Positions 12,344 through 24,199 of a stretch of DNA of 64,000 bases are shown here, piece by piece. Positions within the stretch are counted from its first letter, which is position 1. Each line of letters starts with the position of its first letter. A program made the translations under genes and the position numbers. Origin of the DNA: Octopus sinensis (lineage: Eukaryota); NCBI RefSeq assembly GCF_006345805.1, contig NW_021831989.1, forward strand, positions 606,266 through 670,265. The letters are read 5' to 3'. The notes below the pieces were generated by a model. That model had not been told where the DNA came from, searched no databases, and saw only the letters and a list, made by a program, of their open reading frames with translations.

Positions 12344-15300
12344 TTAAATAATGTTATTTAATTTTATGAATAGTTTGGAATAAATTAGTAAAGAATCCAA
12401 GTTTAGTAAAGAATCCAAAATAAATGACAAATATAAGCTAAAGGTTGGAGGGATAGTACATATCAAATTCCTATCACCCCGCACATCGTCAACCCGTCCT
12501 ACTGCGGGCCACACCTTGTTAGGAGAATTATTAATTCCCTGGAAATAAAAATAGTCGCAAACTAATGGAAATGCTGCAACTTCACGAGAATATGGTCTAT
12601 CCCAGTGCGAAGAACACACTACCCGTGCAGTATGAGGGGACATCTAAATTAATATAAAATTAAAGTACTTTGATTGGATTGCAAAGACGATCTATTTTTC
12701 CATTTTCCACATCTCGGATTTCTGAACGAATTCCTAAAAAAACTCTAGATAAATAGACCAATCATGGCATCACAGAATCTATTTAATTCTACCAAGGACT
12801 CTGATTCAGTAGGCTCTATCATGAGGACACTTCTCAAAGGGAAAGCCACAGTTGGAGCATGATATCCTTTCGTGTTAAAAAGAAAGAATCACCATAGTCC
12901 ATCAGTCTTTTAGCAACATCTATTGGTTCGATAGAAGCCGACTTGTTAAACTCTTCCAAACAAATGACAAACTCATGTGCACAGAACCCTACCAAAGTGA
13001 CTCCAAAATACCTTGATCATTGTGGAAAAGAATTCTGTAATGAGGGGCCAGACGGACTCGAAGGTAGTTTGCGTTGAGAAGTGCTATCTTAGAGGCATCG
13101 GAAAGACCACTGGCCCCCATCATTTTTAGGTAGAGTAAAGAAATCAACAAAATAGAAGCTGATCCGTAGTTCGCACTCGAAACTGAAAAACCAGGAACAC
13201 CACTCAGTGGGTCTGTAGGCAAAAAGGGTACGAGATCCTCCCGACTTTAAGTAATAAACCGATAAGTACACTCCAATAGGTCCCATTCCGGGCCCCCCGC
13301 CACCATGAGGAATCGTGAATGTCTTGTGAAGGTTAATGTGGCACACGTCCGCACCATATTCGGCCGGAAGACAAAGGCCAACTTGTGCATTCAGATTTGC
13401 ACCGTCGAGATAGATTTTTCCCCCAACATTGTGTACGAGCTGACAAATCCGTTGAATTTGGCTATCGAATACTCCAAAAGTTGAGGGATATGTTATCATC
13501 AGACAGGCGATTCTTTCTCCAAAACGCTTGCACTAAAAACGTCAATTTTATCTCATTACTAAATCCTCGAGTTGATCGAAATCGATTCCGCCGTTTTTAC
13601 ATGTTCTTAAAATCTTTACTTCCATTCCCGCCATTGCGGCACTGGCGGGATTAGTTCCATGTGCGGACTCGGGAATGAGGCAAATCTGAATTGTCTAAAC
13701 AAAATGAACTTTCCGCTGAGTCTCTCTCCGACTTTCAAAGTACCGAATAATGGCGAGGAGTCCTGCCAACTCTCCCTGGGCACCACTTATAATTTGATTT
13801 AAACTTCAACCTGTTTGGTTGGAATGAAAATTTAGAAAATCCCGTGATTTGACAGAGATAGTCTTCAAGTTCTTTAATTAGACGAATGTAGCCAGATGCT
13901 TGTTCGTGAGGGACGAATGGATGAATTGCACTAAAACCTTCCCAAGAAAGGGGCTTTAGATTATGCTGGTTTAGGTTACAGTCAAGGCTGTGGCTGAGTT
14001 CAGCTTCATTGTGCAGGATCCCAACGTTATCATCGAATGGACGAGGGAAATGTCCTTATTTTCCAACCGTTTTAGCAACCTCATAAACTCTGTCTCTGTC
14101 CTATAACTATTTTTATTATTTAACTCAAATTATTACTCTTTAAAGACTCGCGCTGTTAAAAAATCAGTTTTCCGAGAAAATTTGTTGTTTTGTTCGAAAG
14201 TCGAAGGTGTGGCAGTCCACGCCTCATTCTGAAAGATAGGGAACATTAAATTACTTTGTACGCTACGTCGAACACTTTGCACATTGTTTGCATATCTTTG
14301 GAAGTTACAGTCTCGTCCAACGCAACAATGATCTTTTTCAGATAAGTTAAAATCTTACGTGTCCATTAAAGTTGTATCGAAAGTTAAGTCCATTTTGTAT
14401 TGCCCTGGCTCGAATTTGATCACAGTTCATTTGGTCAACCCTGACAGCAATAGTGTCAAAAAAGTCATTAGACATGATCTCATATCCACCTTTCTTAAGT
14501 TCTAATAGTTTTAAAGTGCTGATATTTACGTTCGGCCAGATATTTCGCGTTTGAATTCGATTGTTTAGCAAATGTCTCAAGATTCTCTCGCCCGTGATAT
14601 ACACAATAAAAAGCACATAAATTCGCAAGCAATGCTTGAGATGTACATATGTTGCTTGTAGCCGATCCCCTCCGAATGTGCTGTTCACGAGTTTGCAGGG
14701 CTAGTCTGTAGCTATCCTCTCCGTCTTTAGTGCTCGAATAATTCACCAATCTTACATAGATTTTCCGATTATTCTGCCAGGTAGACTTCTAACGTAATCT
14801 CTCCGACAAGCTATAAAGGCTGCGTGGGGTCCTCCAAATCCAAGAGGCTGGCCGAGTCGTTGGGAGGATCCAACAGCAATGTCAACTCCAAAGTCTCCTG
14901 GGGGAGTTATTAGAGTGAGTGCAAGCAAGTCAGTAGCACAAATTGTTACAATCTACTCAAAATAAATTAAGGAATATATCACGTTTTGTTCCTTCGATTT
15001 AGAAACAAGCAAAGAATAGTCTTTAATTTCGCCTAGAGTATTCGGGTATTGAAATACAACAGCAGCAATGTCATTGATTTGACTAAAGTTACTCAAAGGT
15101 AGCACAGACAATTCCCAACCAAATAATCTATAATTAAAAAACAGTGTACTTTGAACGAGAATAAACAACCGACATAGTTTGGGGGTGCATATTTTCGTCA
15201 ACAACAAAATGCCGCCTCTTTGTAATACTAAATATATATTGAATCTAAACTGAACCGATGAGCCATGGCCATTGCCTCAGCCACGGCGGTTCCTTCGTCC

Positions 15301-15862
15301 AAAAGCGATGCATTGGAAATTGGAAGACCTGTCAAGTCTGAAATAACAGTCTGGTATATAAAAAGAGCCTCAAGACGGCCCTGAGATATTTCTGCCTGAT
15401 ATGGAGTGTATGCAGTGTACCTTCAAAAATTTATCAATAAGGTACACCAGGCAGGGTTTTCAAGGACATTCCTAATTATAGTAGTCGGGACATGGCAGTT
15501 ATGGTAACCCATTCCAATAAATGAACGATAAACCTTGTTTGATTTTGACAGGAGTTCTGCATATTTTAGAGCCTGGTATTCATCTAAATTTTTTAAAAAT
15601 TAAAAACTTAGTTCTAGAGGGAGTTTGAGCCGTTTTTTGATTAGAATATCAGAAGGAATTGCTTTTGAAGCAAGGTCCTCAAGAGTCTTAAATATTGTAC
15701 AAAATATTCTACCTCTGCTTCGACCGACCTCAACATCCTCTCTATCTGTTCGTAACTGGGCCCGATGTGACGATTGACAAATTTTGATTTATATGCCAGC
15801 GTGGGGTGCAAGTATCGAACATTGAAGCGAGGTAAAAGGTGCATATTGAACAGATTAATCAT
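12344..15862 (-). CDS. GLDC: Glycine decarboxylase (glycine cleavage P protein), many micro-introns
   Basis: [87 protein letters not shown] (PLP lysine), [27 protein letters not shown]. Exact start (15862 or 15844) and C-terminus are uncertain. Confidence 0.95.
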
Positions 15863-15939
15863 TGATTTTAAATATTAAAAAATTACTATTTAAATTATTA
15901 GATATTTAGAAATCTAAATATTTTCAATAATGTGCAGTA

Positions 15940-16769
15940 CAGTCCAACCCCAGAATGGGGCAGACAACAGGGTTGGAACACCCTCTCATTTTTGGGGCGC
16001 CGCCATATTTTGAGGCACTTTTTTAAAATCAACAATAAAAATAATCAAAATTGTAATTTTAATACATAAAGGCGTGTTTATTATCTGTTTTTATGTGGAG
16101 ATATGGATAAGTGGAGATATGGATAAGTGGAGAGATGGATGGAGATATGGACTCAAATTATACTAAATTGAGATAAGGATTCAAAGAGACTATGGTACAA
16201 ATCCCTCACTTGCACTCAAGAAATTCGAGAGTCCATACGAAGAAGTTTGTAAAATAACTGAAATCCTCCCACACAATATGGTCAAAGTTCCAATGGAGGA
16301 TGGAACCACGAAAAAGACCCGTATGAAAAGAATTTAAAAAATTAAATAACATAAATTGTATTGATTGTTTGTTAATAAAAATAATTCTAATAAACAGAGA
16401 TGAATTTACAACTCGGCCATACCATGATTATTTGATACACTGAATAGTTAAGAACATGGCACAAGCAAAACCACAAACACTGTTTATTGTTAACGCGAAC
16501 GTGCTATAATATTTATTTTGACAAAATTAAAATAGATTTCGTATATTTTTTGAATTTTTTTCTAAATCTATAAGTGTAACCACCTAGATTTGGTAACGGC
16601 CTAGGCCCTAGGCTCGTGACATAATATCCGGTAAAACTCTAAAACTAAAATTAAAATAACGGATTATTTTGTTAAAAATATTATTTGATGTTTATTATTG
16701 ATTTAATTCAAAAATAATAACAAACCCCTGTTTTCGAGGCATTTGATCCCCTATTTGGGAGTCTGACTG
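15940..16769. mobile_element. pogo-type ends (TA-CAGTC..) enclosing the 3' end of a Ginger-like integrase element
   Basis: tacagtccaacccc at ~15938 and gggagtctgactgta at ~16757-16771 form imperfect inverted ends. The interior encodes DYGTNP..KKFESPYE..ITEILPHNMVKV and carries ..cctaggctcgtgaca (16607-16621), the same terminus as the 40314-40623 MITE. Confidence 0.5.
16095..16152 (+). repeat. Tandem 16-bp repeat gtggagatatggataa (about 3.5 copies, degenerating)
   Basis: Read directly from the sequence. Confidence 0.85.
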
Positions 16770-16831
16770 TAAAAAGTAAGATATGCACATAAAATAATTG
16801 CTTTTATTCTAAATTTGTTCGAATAAATTTA

Positions 16832-16960
16832 GTACTGGAACCAGTTGGGCTGGACCGTAGTGACGGAAAACATCCTGACTGGTCTACATTATTTCCGTTT
16901 AAGATAGGACTTGCCCTTGTATGGAATGTGACCTGTTTTGATTCTTTTTCCAACGGATAT
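16832..16960 (+). mobile_element. CRE-like RLE domain fragment
   Basis: LEPVGLDRSDGKHPDW..FPFKIG..LVWNVTCFD. Confidence 0.7.
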
Positions 16961-17023
16961 CGCTTGTGGAAATTGCCTGTCCATCCGCTCGGCGACTAAT
17001 TCAAATTGAACTTTCCCCTAACT

Positions 17024-18284
17024 CAGTGGTTCCCAACCTTAAGGTGCTCGCGGAACCCTTTTGGGCTAATTTATTTTTTGCGGAACCCCTCCAATTCAAT
17101 TATTATAATTTCACTTAAAACATAATAGTAATAACCAAAAACAATTTTAATGTGAACATTGGGGTAATTTTTTATCATAGCATAGTTGTGTAACGTTAGG
17201 AGTTATTGTTGACAACTGTATCCTCATATCAGCGGAAGCATTGAGTTTATTTCTATATTTTGTTTTGGTGGATGTATATATTGAAAACCCAGACTCGCAT
17301 AAGTAAGTCGTTGGAAAAGGTAATAGTTTACGTATAGCCTTTTCTGAGATATCTGGATATTTTGAAATGTATCCCCTCCAAAAATTAAAAAGGGATTCAT
17401 TTTTATATAACTGATATGACGCTGATTCTGATGTCAAATCAATAAGATGTTCATGTTCAATTGATGTTAGATTTGCTGGTATTACTTTAACTTTGAATGG
17501 GTTTTGAACCCAATCGTCATCAAATTTACCCGGAAAATATTTCGCTGGGGTCCGCGGAACCCCGAAAAATATTTCCAAAAGTTCCTGAATTCGCCTTGAA
17601 ATAGTATTATTTGACAAAGGAACAAGATCCAGATTCTTCGACATTTGTTCGCCATAAATACACTCGATGATTTTTTTTGAACATGGCTTTATAAGATTTT
17701 CGGCAATTGTATGTGCCTCTCCACAACGTGCTACAAGATAACTCACCTGTTTGATTAAAATAATTATATACTTCATAAGATGCTCTGGTCGATTTTAAAT
17801 TGTCGTCTTTCGCAAAATTGGGCATTTCCAACTTGCACCTTGTAGATGCATTTAATTTGTTTTGAAAAAAGGAAATATCTTTATCCTTTAAATGAGGATG
17901 CTTCATCAATAAATGTCTTGATAGTTTAGCAGGAACAAGAGATGTGTTAGACATTATATGATGGCATATTACACATTCTGCCGTATGTGGTAAATCAGAT
18001 CCATTCTGAGAAAACCCATATGAGAGGTAGCTTTCATCATATTTTCTTTTCTAAAATTATAATTATAAAAAAAACCTTTTTTGAATATTTTTTGGAATCT
18101 CTTATGCAATTATTGTTTCTCATTAAAAATCTTATAAAATTGACCAACTAACTCAAAAGAGAAACAAGATATAAGTGTGGATGTTTAATATATTTTAATA
18201 ATTAAAAACTATTAAAAAATAAATATAATAAATTTCGCGGAACCCCAAAACTGGCTCCGCGGAACCCCAGGTTGGGAACCACTG
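17024..18284 (-). mobile_element. hAT (Buster-type) DNA transposon, internally deleted, both ends intact
   Basis: 16-bp TIRs cagtggttcccaacct / aggttgggaaccactg; perfect 8-bp TSD CCCTAACT (17016-17023, 18285-18292); subterminal gcggaaccc repeats. Confidence 0.95.
17147..18123 (-). CDS. Spliced, internally deleted hAT transposase (BED zinc finger fused in frame to the C-terminal dimerisation domain, 308 aa)
   Basis: ATG at 18123; 25-nt introns at 18051-18075 and 17747-17771. RKYDESYLSYGF..CVIC..PAKLSRHL..KH, HTIAENLIKP, VPLSNNTISRRI, then joined to WVQNPF..FW..YP..LLPFPTTYLCESGFS..KTKYRNKL. Confidence 0.75.
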
Positions 18285-18344
18285 CCCTAACTTATTAATT
18301 TTTTTTTTTGTTATGAAAGCAAGAAAGAAATTAAAGATATCTAA

Positions 18345-18490
18345 GTTAATTAAAGGCCTCACGAGACACCCGACCAGCCTCGCGAATGGCGAAGCCGTTC
18401 CCTCGGATCACAGCAATCGACAGACGTTCCAGGAGCCAAGAAAACTCTCTTGGATCGTGACTAGTCCTTGAAATCCGTCGACCGAGCGAT
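18345..18490 (-). mobile_element. CRE-like retrotransposon 3' end
   Basis: LGRRISRTSHDPREFSWLLERLSIAVIRGNGFAIREAG; same family as 30330-30430. Confidence 0.75.
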
Positions 18491-19114
18491 TAATTATTCA
18501 GTGTTTAAATAAAATAATGTGTTCAAATAAATTGATATTATAATGATGAACTTAAAAAAATATGAAAAATTGGAAAATAAACGGTAAAGGCCACTTCTAA
18601 TCATTCGCAAACATATTTCATATGACTACATTTTTATGAATATTAATCATTTTGATTTATTGTATAATCAAGATCAAGATTATTAGTAGATATTGGCAAC
18701 TAAATATTTTTTTTATTTCAAAAGTATAAAAAAATTATTTTTTACTTGACTAATGATATTTTAAAGATTTTTGATTGTTGCTATTAAACCTGGACATTTT
18801 TAGAGGAATATTGATTTAATTTATAAGATATATTGATTGATTAGATATAGCCCATATGTTTGAATAAAATTATTGAACTAGTTTTATTAAACGGTATTAA
18901 TGTACACTCTGTTGATTGAACTGTTGGAAATAATACTATTGTCGATATGTAGCTGACTTTAGCAAATTTTAATAGAGAGTGCTTTATAATCAGTATTTCT
19001 TGACATCAATAATTGTCGAGATAACGTTTGTGTCATTAAATCGTTCAGATCTTTGATTTAGATTATATATACTTAATGATTTTTACTCGTTCTAGAATTA
19101 GAATTCACGGGAAT

Positions 19115-20686
19115 ATGCTCTCGCTCTTTATAGTTTTTGATCTTTTTATGGGAGGATTCATGGTCGAAAATCTTAATGGTATGTGTGATTTATCTCTTAA
19201 TCTCTACACTTTTAGATGAACACAGATTATTGTACGATTTATTTGAAAAACAGAGGTACAACCCACTTGTCCGACCTGTTTCCAATCATTCAACCCCCCT
19301 ATTTGTCCAATTCAGTCTGGCTTTTCAGCAGCTTATAAACATAGTGAATACGTTGAAAATTAATTTTTAGGACGAAAGGAATCAAATAATGAAATCCAAT
19401 GTCTGGCTCACATTTGTTCACAATCTTTTTAGTTGTATTTATAGAACTGGAAGGATTTTCAGCTCATGTGGGATCCTGAACAGTACAACATGGTAAGCTC
19501 AGTCCGCGTGGATCACTCGTTTGTTTGGACACCCGATGTTGTTCTTTTTAATAAGTTTCTATAAAATTGTAAATTATCAAGTGCCGACGGAAACTATGAA
19601 CCATCTTTCATGTCGAATGTGGTTATTTACAACACTGGGCTTATTCTCTGGGTTCCTCCGGCCATTTATAAGTCATCTTGTACAATCGATGTGTCCTTTT
19701 TTCCTTTTGATCAACAAATATGCGAAATGAAATTTGGTTCCTGGACTTATAATCCAGATGAACTTGACTTTTTGGACGTGAATGCAGATTTAAATGACTA
19801 TCGAATCTCCCAAGTATGGGATATCATCGATTACGAAACTATAACAAAAAGAATAAATAGTGATTTAGGAAAACATGTTGAAGTTGTATTTCGTTTTGTC
19901 ATACGAAGAAAGTCGTTGTTTTATTCTAGCAATCTTATTATTCCCTGTGTACTCATTGCACTGCTCAGCGTCACTGTATTTTATTTACCGGCTGATGCTG
20001 GTGAGAAGATTACTCTATCGATTTCTATATTATTTTCTATAAACGTTTTTTTGCTTCTGGTGTCCAAGATTCTGCCTCCGTCCTCGACAATTCCTTTGAT
20101 TTCAACATATCTTCTTTTTACGTTTATTCTTAACATTTTTACTATATTTGTGACTGTCATTCTCATCAATTGGAACTTCCGGACTCCGAGGACACATCGA
20201 ATGTCCAAATGGTTCAAGATTATTTTTCTTAAATATCTTCCTCGGATTCTGCTAATGGAACGACCTGACCATACCAAACGTTATCAAAGTGCAATGGAAC
20301 GCAACAACAATTATAAACAATTGGATAAACAGAATTTTGTCTCATATTCACCAAAAAGTTTTGAAACCCAGGAATCTGAAAAGTCCCCTCCACTCGAGTC
20401 TTCTCCATTTTTTCCGGCTGACTTGGTCAGACGAGATTCAACTGCAGAAGACGCTTTAAATTCTATCAATTTCATAGCTCATCATTTATATGAGCAAGAC
20501 GAATATAACGCAGTGAGGGAAGACTGGAAGTATATTGCTTCAGTATTCGATCGACTTCAGTTGTATATTTTTCTGCTTGTTACCGCAATTGGCAGTATTG
20601 CTACTTTAATGAATGCTCCATATGTTTTTGATTTTGTTGATCAGAAGGAGATTATCAACACAATAATTAAGAGAAAAAATACTTAA
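19115..20686 (+). CDS. Nicotinic acetylcholine receptor subunit, non-alpha type (cation-selective Cys-loop channel), 4 micro-introns in the 5' part
   Basis: Signal peptide; EHRLLYDLF..YNPLVRPV; DERNQIMKSNVWL; WTPDVVLFNNADGNYE; Cys-loop CTIDVSFFPFDQQIC; KFGSWTY; TM2 GEKITLSISILFSINVFLLLV; EDWKYIASVFDRL. No vicinal CC in loop C. Confidence 0.95.
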
Positions 20687-20899
20687 ACTGTTTAATTTCG
20701 TGTTTTTTCATAAAAATTATTTACTACAGCAATTCCCGAAAAAACTACGTAGCTATTTTACCGATTAGACAAAAATTTAAATTAACAATAATTCTGGAAG
20801 TCAATTCAGGTTAGCATGGTCATAGATTGTCGATATCCGGACTGTGGTCCTAGTTAAAATGATTGATTTACAAGACTACTTTGTCTTCGGTAACATAAG

Positions 20900-22690
20900 A
20901 TATTTGCAGGGACTTTCCTTCCCTTTCAGGGAAGGACGTCATCCAGTCGGGACTCTATCTGTCGCTTCTAAAAAGGCCACCTAGCTTAAGAGTTGAGGGG
21001 AACCCAGCCGACTTTAGAGCCCTCATGACAACGTCATTAAGTTGAGTGTGGCGAGGAATTTTACCGGCATTCTTCTTACACAACAATGCGTGCTTGCCGT
21101 TCGACGAAATTGTGGACCCGTACCGATAGGGATGAAGCTGGCAGATGTCCAAGCCCAAGCGTAAACAGATACCGATCTGTAATGATAATCTTCCAGTAGT
21201 AATCTCGTGCTGGGAATAGGGAGTGCTTTGAGTCAATCTCAGTATTCGGCTGACAAGCGCAGTTTAGTAAGGCCAGTTGAAGTTGATCTGACTTTGAACA
21301 AAGTTTGCGTAAAGTATTTAAGCCAAAGGTTTCGTCCCAGTTTTTTGAACTTAAGGAATCGCGAGGAAATCGAGGCCAACCGAGCTCCGAGAGCTCATTA
21401 AGTTCTATAGAGGTGAGTATAACTGAGCAAGCGGAATTCCTGGAAGCCGACGTGGAGAAAGATAGCAGGGCAGGGCCGGGTCCGCACAAAAGCGAATCCA
21501 GATTTCCCAGAAACGTGTAGGTAGATCGGGATAGGTAAAACCGTCATCAGTGAACGTGAATCACATTACTTGTTTTCTAAATTCGGGATTCAATTCTTGG
21601 TACTTGACAACGTCACTCTTTGAGGGCCACTTAATGTGTTTCTAAATGACGTTTCAAAAGTCATTTTTTCGGAAATTGGCCTAACCTTCAACGAGCATAA
21701 GCCTGAGATAATCAGAGTTACGAAGACATACTCAATTTTAACAGATCATTTTCTGCTTTCTCGAGAAACATCAAAAAATTTTCAGCCACAGAGATAAAAA
21801 AATCTAATCATTTTTGGTTCCCAAATCTACACAAAATGAATTAAAAAAACCCTTGTTAGAAGGAACTTTTGTTATAATGTGTACTTAATAGGTCTCGTCT
21901 CTGAGGGTACATCTGAGCTGTTCAAAACTTTTTTTATCTACAAACATTGTCCTGAGGGACTGTCTAAACTTGATGACCTGATTTCCTATGGTCTTAATTC
22001 CTTGCTGAACATCTAATTACATTGCGGTGGCATGTTACTGGCTAAACTGTCTTGTCGGTTAGTGCGAAATCAGAATCTAGTCCTAGAGACTTGGCTCTTC
22101 CGCCCTTCCTTAAAACTTCTTACGTTTTCCGCGATCTTGTTAACTCTATTCTTTATGAGTTGTCAGAATGCGTGGCCGCCTTGGGCATCTGTTCCGACTT
22201 AAATCTAGAAATTTCAAAGAATAAAAGTTCTCAAAAAATAGAAAACAATTTACTGTATGTCTGCTAGACAAAACTTTCGCTCCCGCTCAAAAAACTAGAT
22301 CTAGCTACCTTTAACACTGCCAGGCTATCACTTCGAACAGGTAGTCACGGCAAACGCAGTTAAAAGTGTTACTAACTCCCAGCTTTACGATGAACTTAAA
22401 ATCTTCGGGCTTTTACGAGAATTTTTCAGACATCCTGGACGCTTCCCCGTACCGGAAACTCCAGGTTTATAGAGGAAACCACCCTGCGGGACATTATCTT
22501 GGCCGAGAGTTTCCTGAAGACGTTAACGACCGCAATGGGCCTCACGCTACCATCGGCCTTACAGGGCAATGAAAGAAAAGGGAAGAGAAGAAGTTCTCTG
22601 GCGACAATTGAACTCAATCCTGAAAAAGGGAAGGGCAAATTTCCGTACGGAGCAGACATACTTTACAGTTGGAAAGATGCGAGTGGCAAC
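20900..22690. mobile_element. Scrambled CRE-like retrotransposon fragments on both strands
   Basis: Minus: GKHALLCKKNAGKIPRHTQLNDVV.RALKSAG, and ADGSVRPIAV.NVFRKL (CRE RT). Plus: YLDNVTL and RDLALPPFL. Confidence 0.75.
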
Positions 22691-22857
22691 GGATATTTTA
22701 TAGTTGTAATTTATTAAAACCCTTTGTCCTAAAAGAAGGATATTTTAATTTTTTATTAAGAAAGATTAATTTGAGTAAAAATAAATTAATATGAAAATTA
22801 TTGATTATAAAATATAAACTTGTTACTTTTTCTTGCTGTTGTGTACATTCGCAGATT

Positions 22858-23955
22858 ATGAGCGAGACTCCAAACTTTCGAAATATAGACATTTTAAGCC
22901 CACCTGATCGAATAACCAGACTTCAGTTTCATCCCCAACAGCAAAACACTTTGTTGGCTTCTTCATGGGATAACTCACTTCGCTTATACAACATATCAGA
23001 AAATCAACTGTCGGCGAACCACAACTGCAGATATCCAGTCCTCGATTGCTGCTTTCAAGTATATTTATTGCACCCGACTATTATAGACGGACTATAGAGT
23101 TTGGGCTGCGTGTATTGACGGATCCATAAAATCTGTAGATTTCAACACCCTTTCTGGTCGAATCACTTTGCATTACAATTAGAACTTATCGTTGGGAGAC
23201 ATGAAAAGCCGGTCAGTCAAATATGCTACTCTGATGACCATGGAATTGTCATTTCTGGAGGATGGGACTGTTTTGTCAAAATGTGGGATCTGAGAATGGA
23301 CAAATTTGCCCATAATTTACAATTGCCTGCGAAGGTAGGAGGATTTAGCGTAATTTGTAGATCTATTCGATGAGGACCAGCCATAACACGCTAGTAGTTT
23401 CCAAGTCCGACAATAAAATCTCGATTTATGATTTGAGGAATCCAGAAAAACCAATTTTTTTAAACGGACCCTCGATAACAGGCAATTCAAGGTGTATTGG
23501 GCTGTCCAAGATTAATTCGGATATTTGTTCTCTTGGCACGACGGAAGGTCGAGTTCATGTGCTCTTTATGGGGAGTGAGTCGGAGAACTCTGATCAGACA
23601 CACTACTCCTTCAGATGTCACCGACTCTTCGAGGACAACTGCGAAATGATATACCCTGTCAATACCATCGAGTTCCATCCTACCTTTAATCAAATTTTTT
23701 TGTCTGCCGGGTCGGACGGAATGGCCATTCTTTGGGATGCAGTAAAGAAAAAAAAGTTGTACGAGTTTGAACGGTTTTGATTTTGCATGAATTAATAGCT
23801 TTCCTGCGGGGATTGCCAGTCTGTGTTTTAACTCTGATGGCTCCCAGTTGGCGGTTGGGTGTTCTTATCTTCATGAGTTTGGCGAAATTCCCAATCCTCC
23901 TCCTACCAGTATTACCATTTGTGAACTACAGTCTCGGAAAATTAAATATAGTTGA
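22858..23955 (+). CDS. BUB3: Mitotic checkpoint WD40 protein BUB3, spliced
   Basis: PPDRITRLQF..LLASSWDNSLRLYN..VLDCCF; SGGWDCFVKMWD; GTTEGRV; YSFRCHRL..MIYPVNTIEFHP..SAGSDG..WD..KKKL; FNSDGSQLAVGCSY. Confidence 0.9.
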
Positions 23956-24199
23956 ATTCCCTTGTGCATTGTTAATGGATGAATTGTTTTTTTAATTAAT
24001 GTTAGCTCATTTAAACGAAGTTAGTAGTTTAATCAATTTGTTGAGTTAGTAGTTTAATCGACTAAAAATAATGTAGATTAATTTACTCAAATAAAATATT
24101 ATTTCAATTTATTTGATTTTATTTTTAAGATTTAATTGTTTTAAATTTTTTTATTAGTTTAATTGGCAAACGTGTAATTTTATTTTGTGTGATTTAAGA

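Noticed and set aside
12344-12445. Hydrophobic C-terminal extension of GLDC with an LDSLL repeat
   Set aside because: It arises from an 18-bp tandem duplication in AT-rich, UTR-like DNA and may reflect a consensus indel near the true stop. No support as a functional domain.
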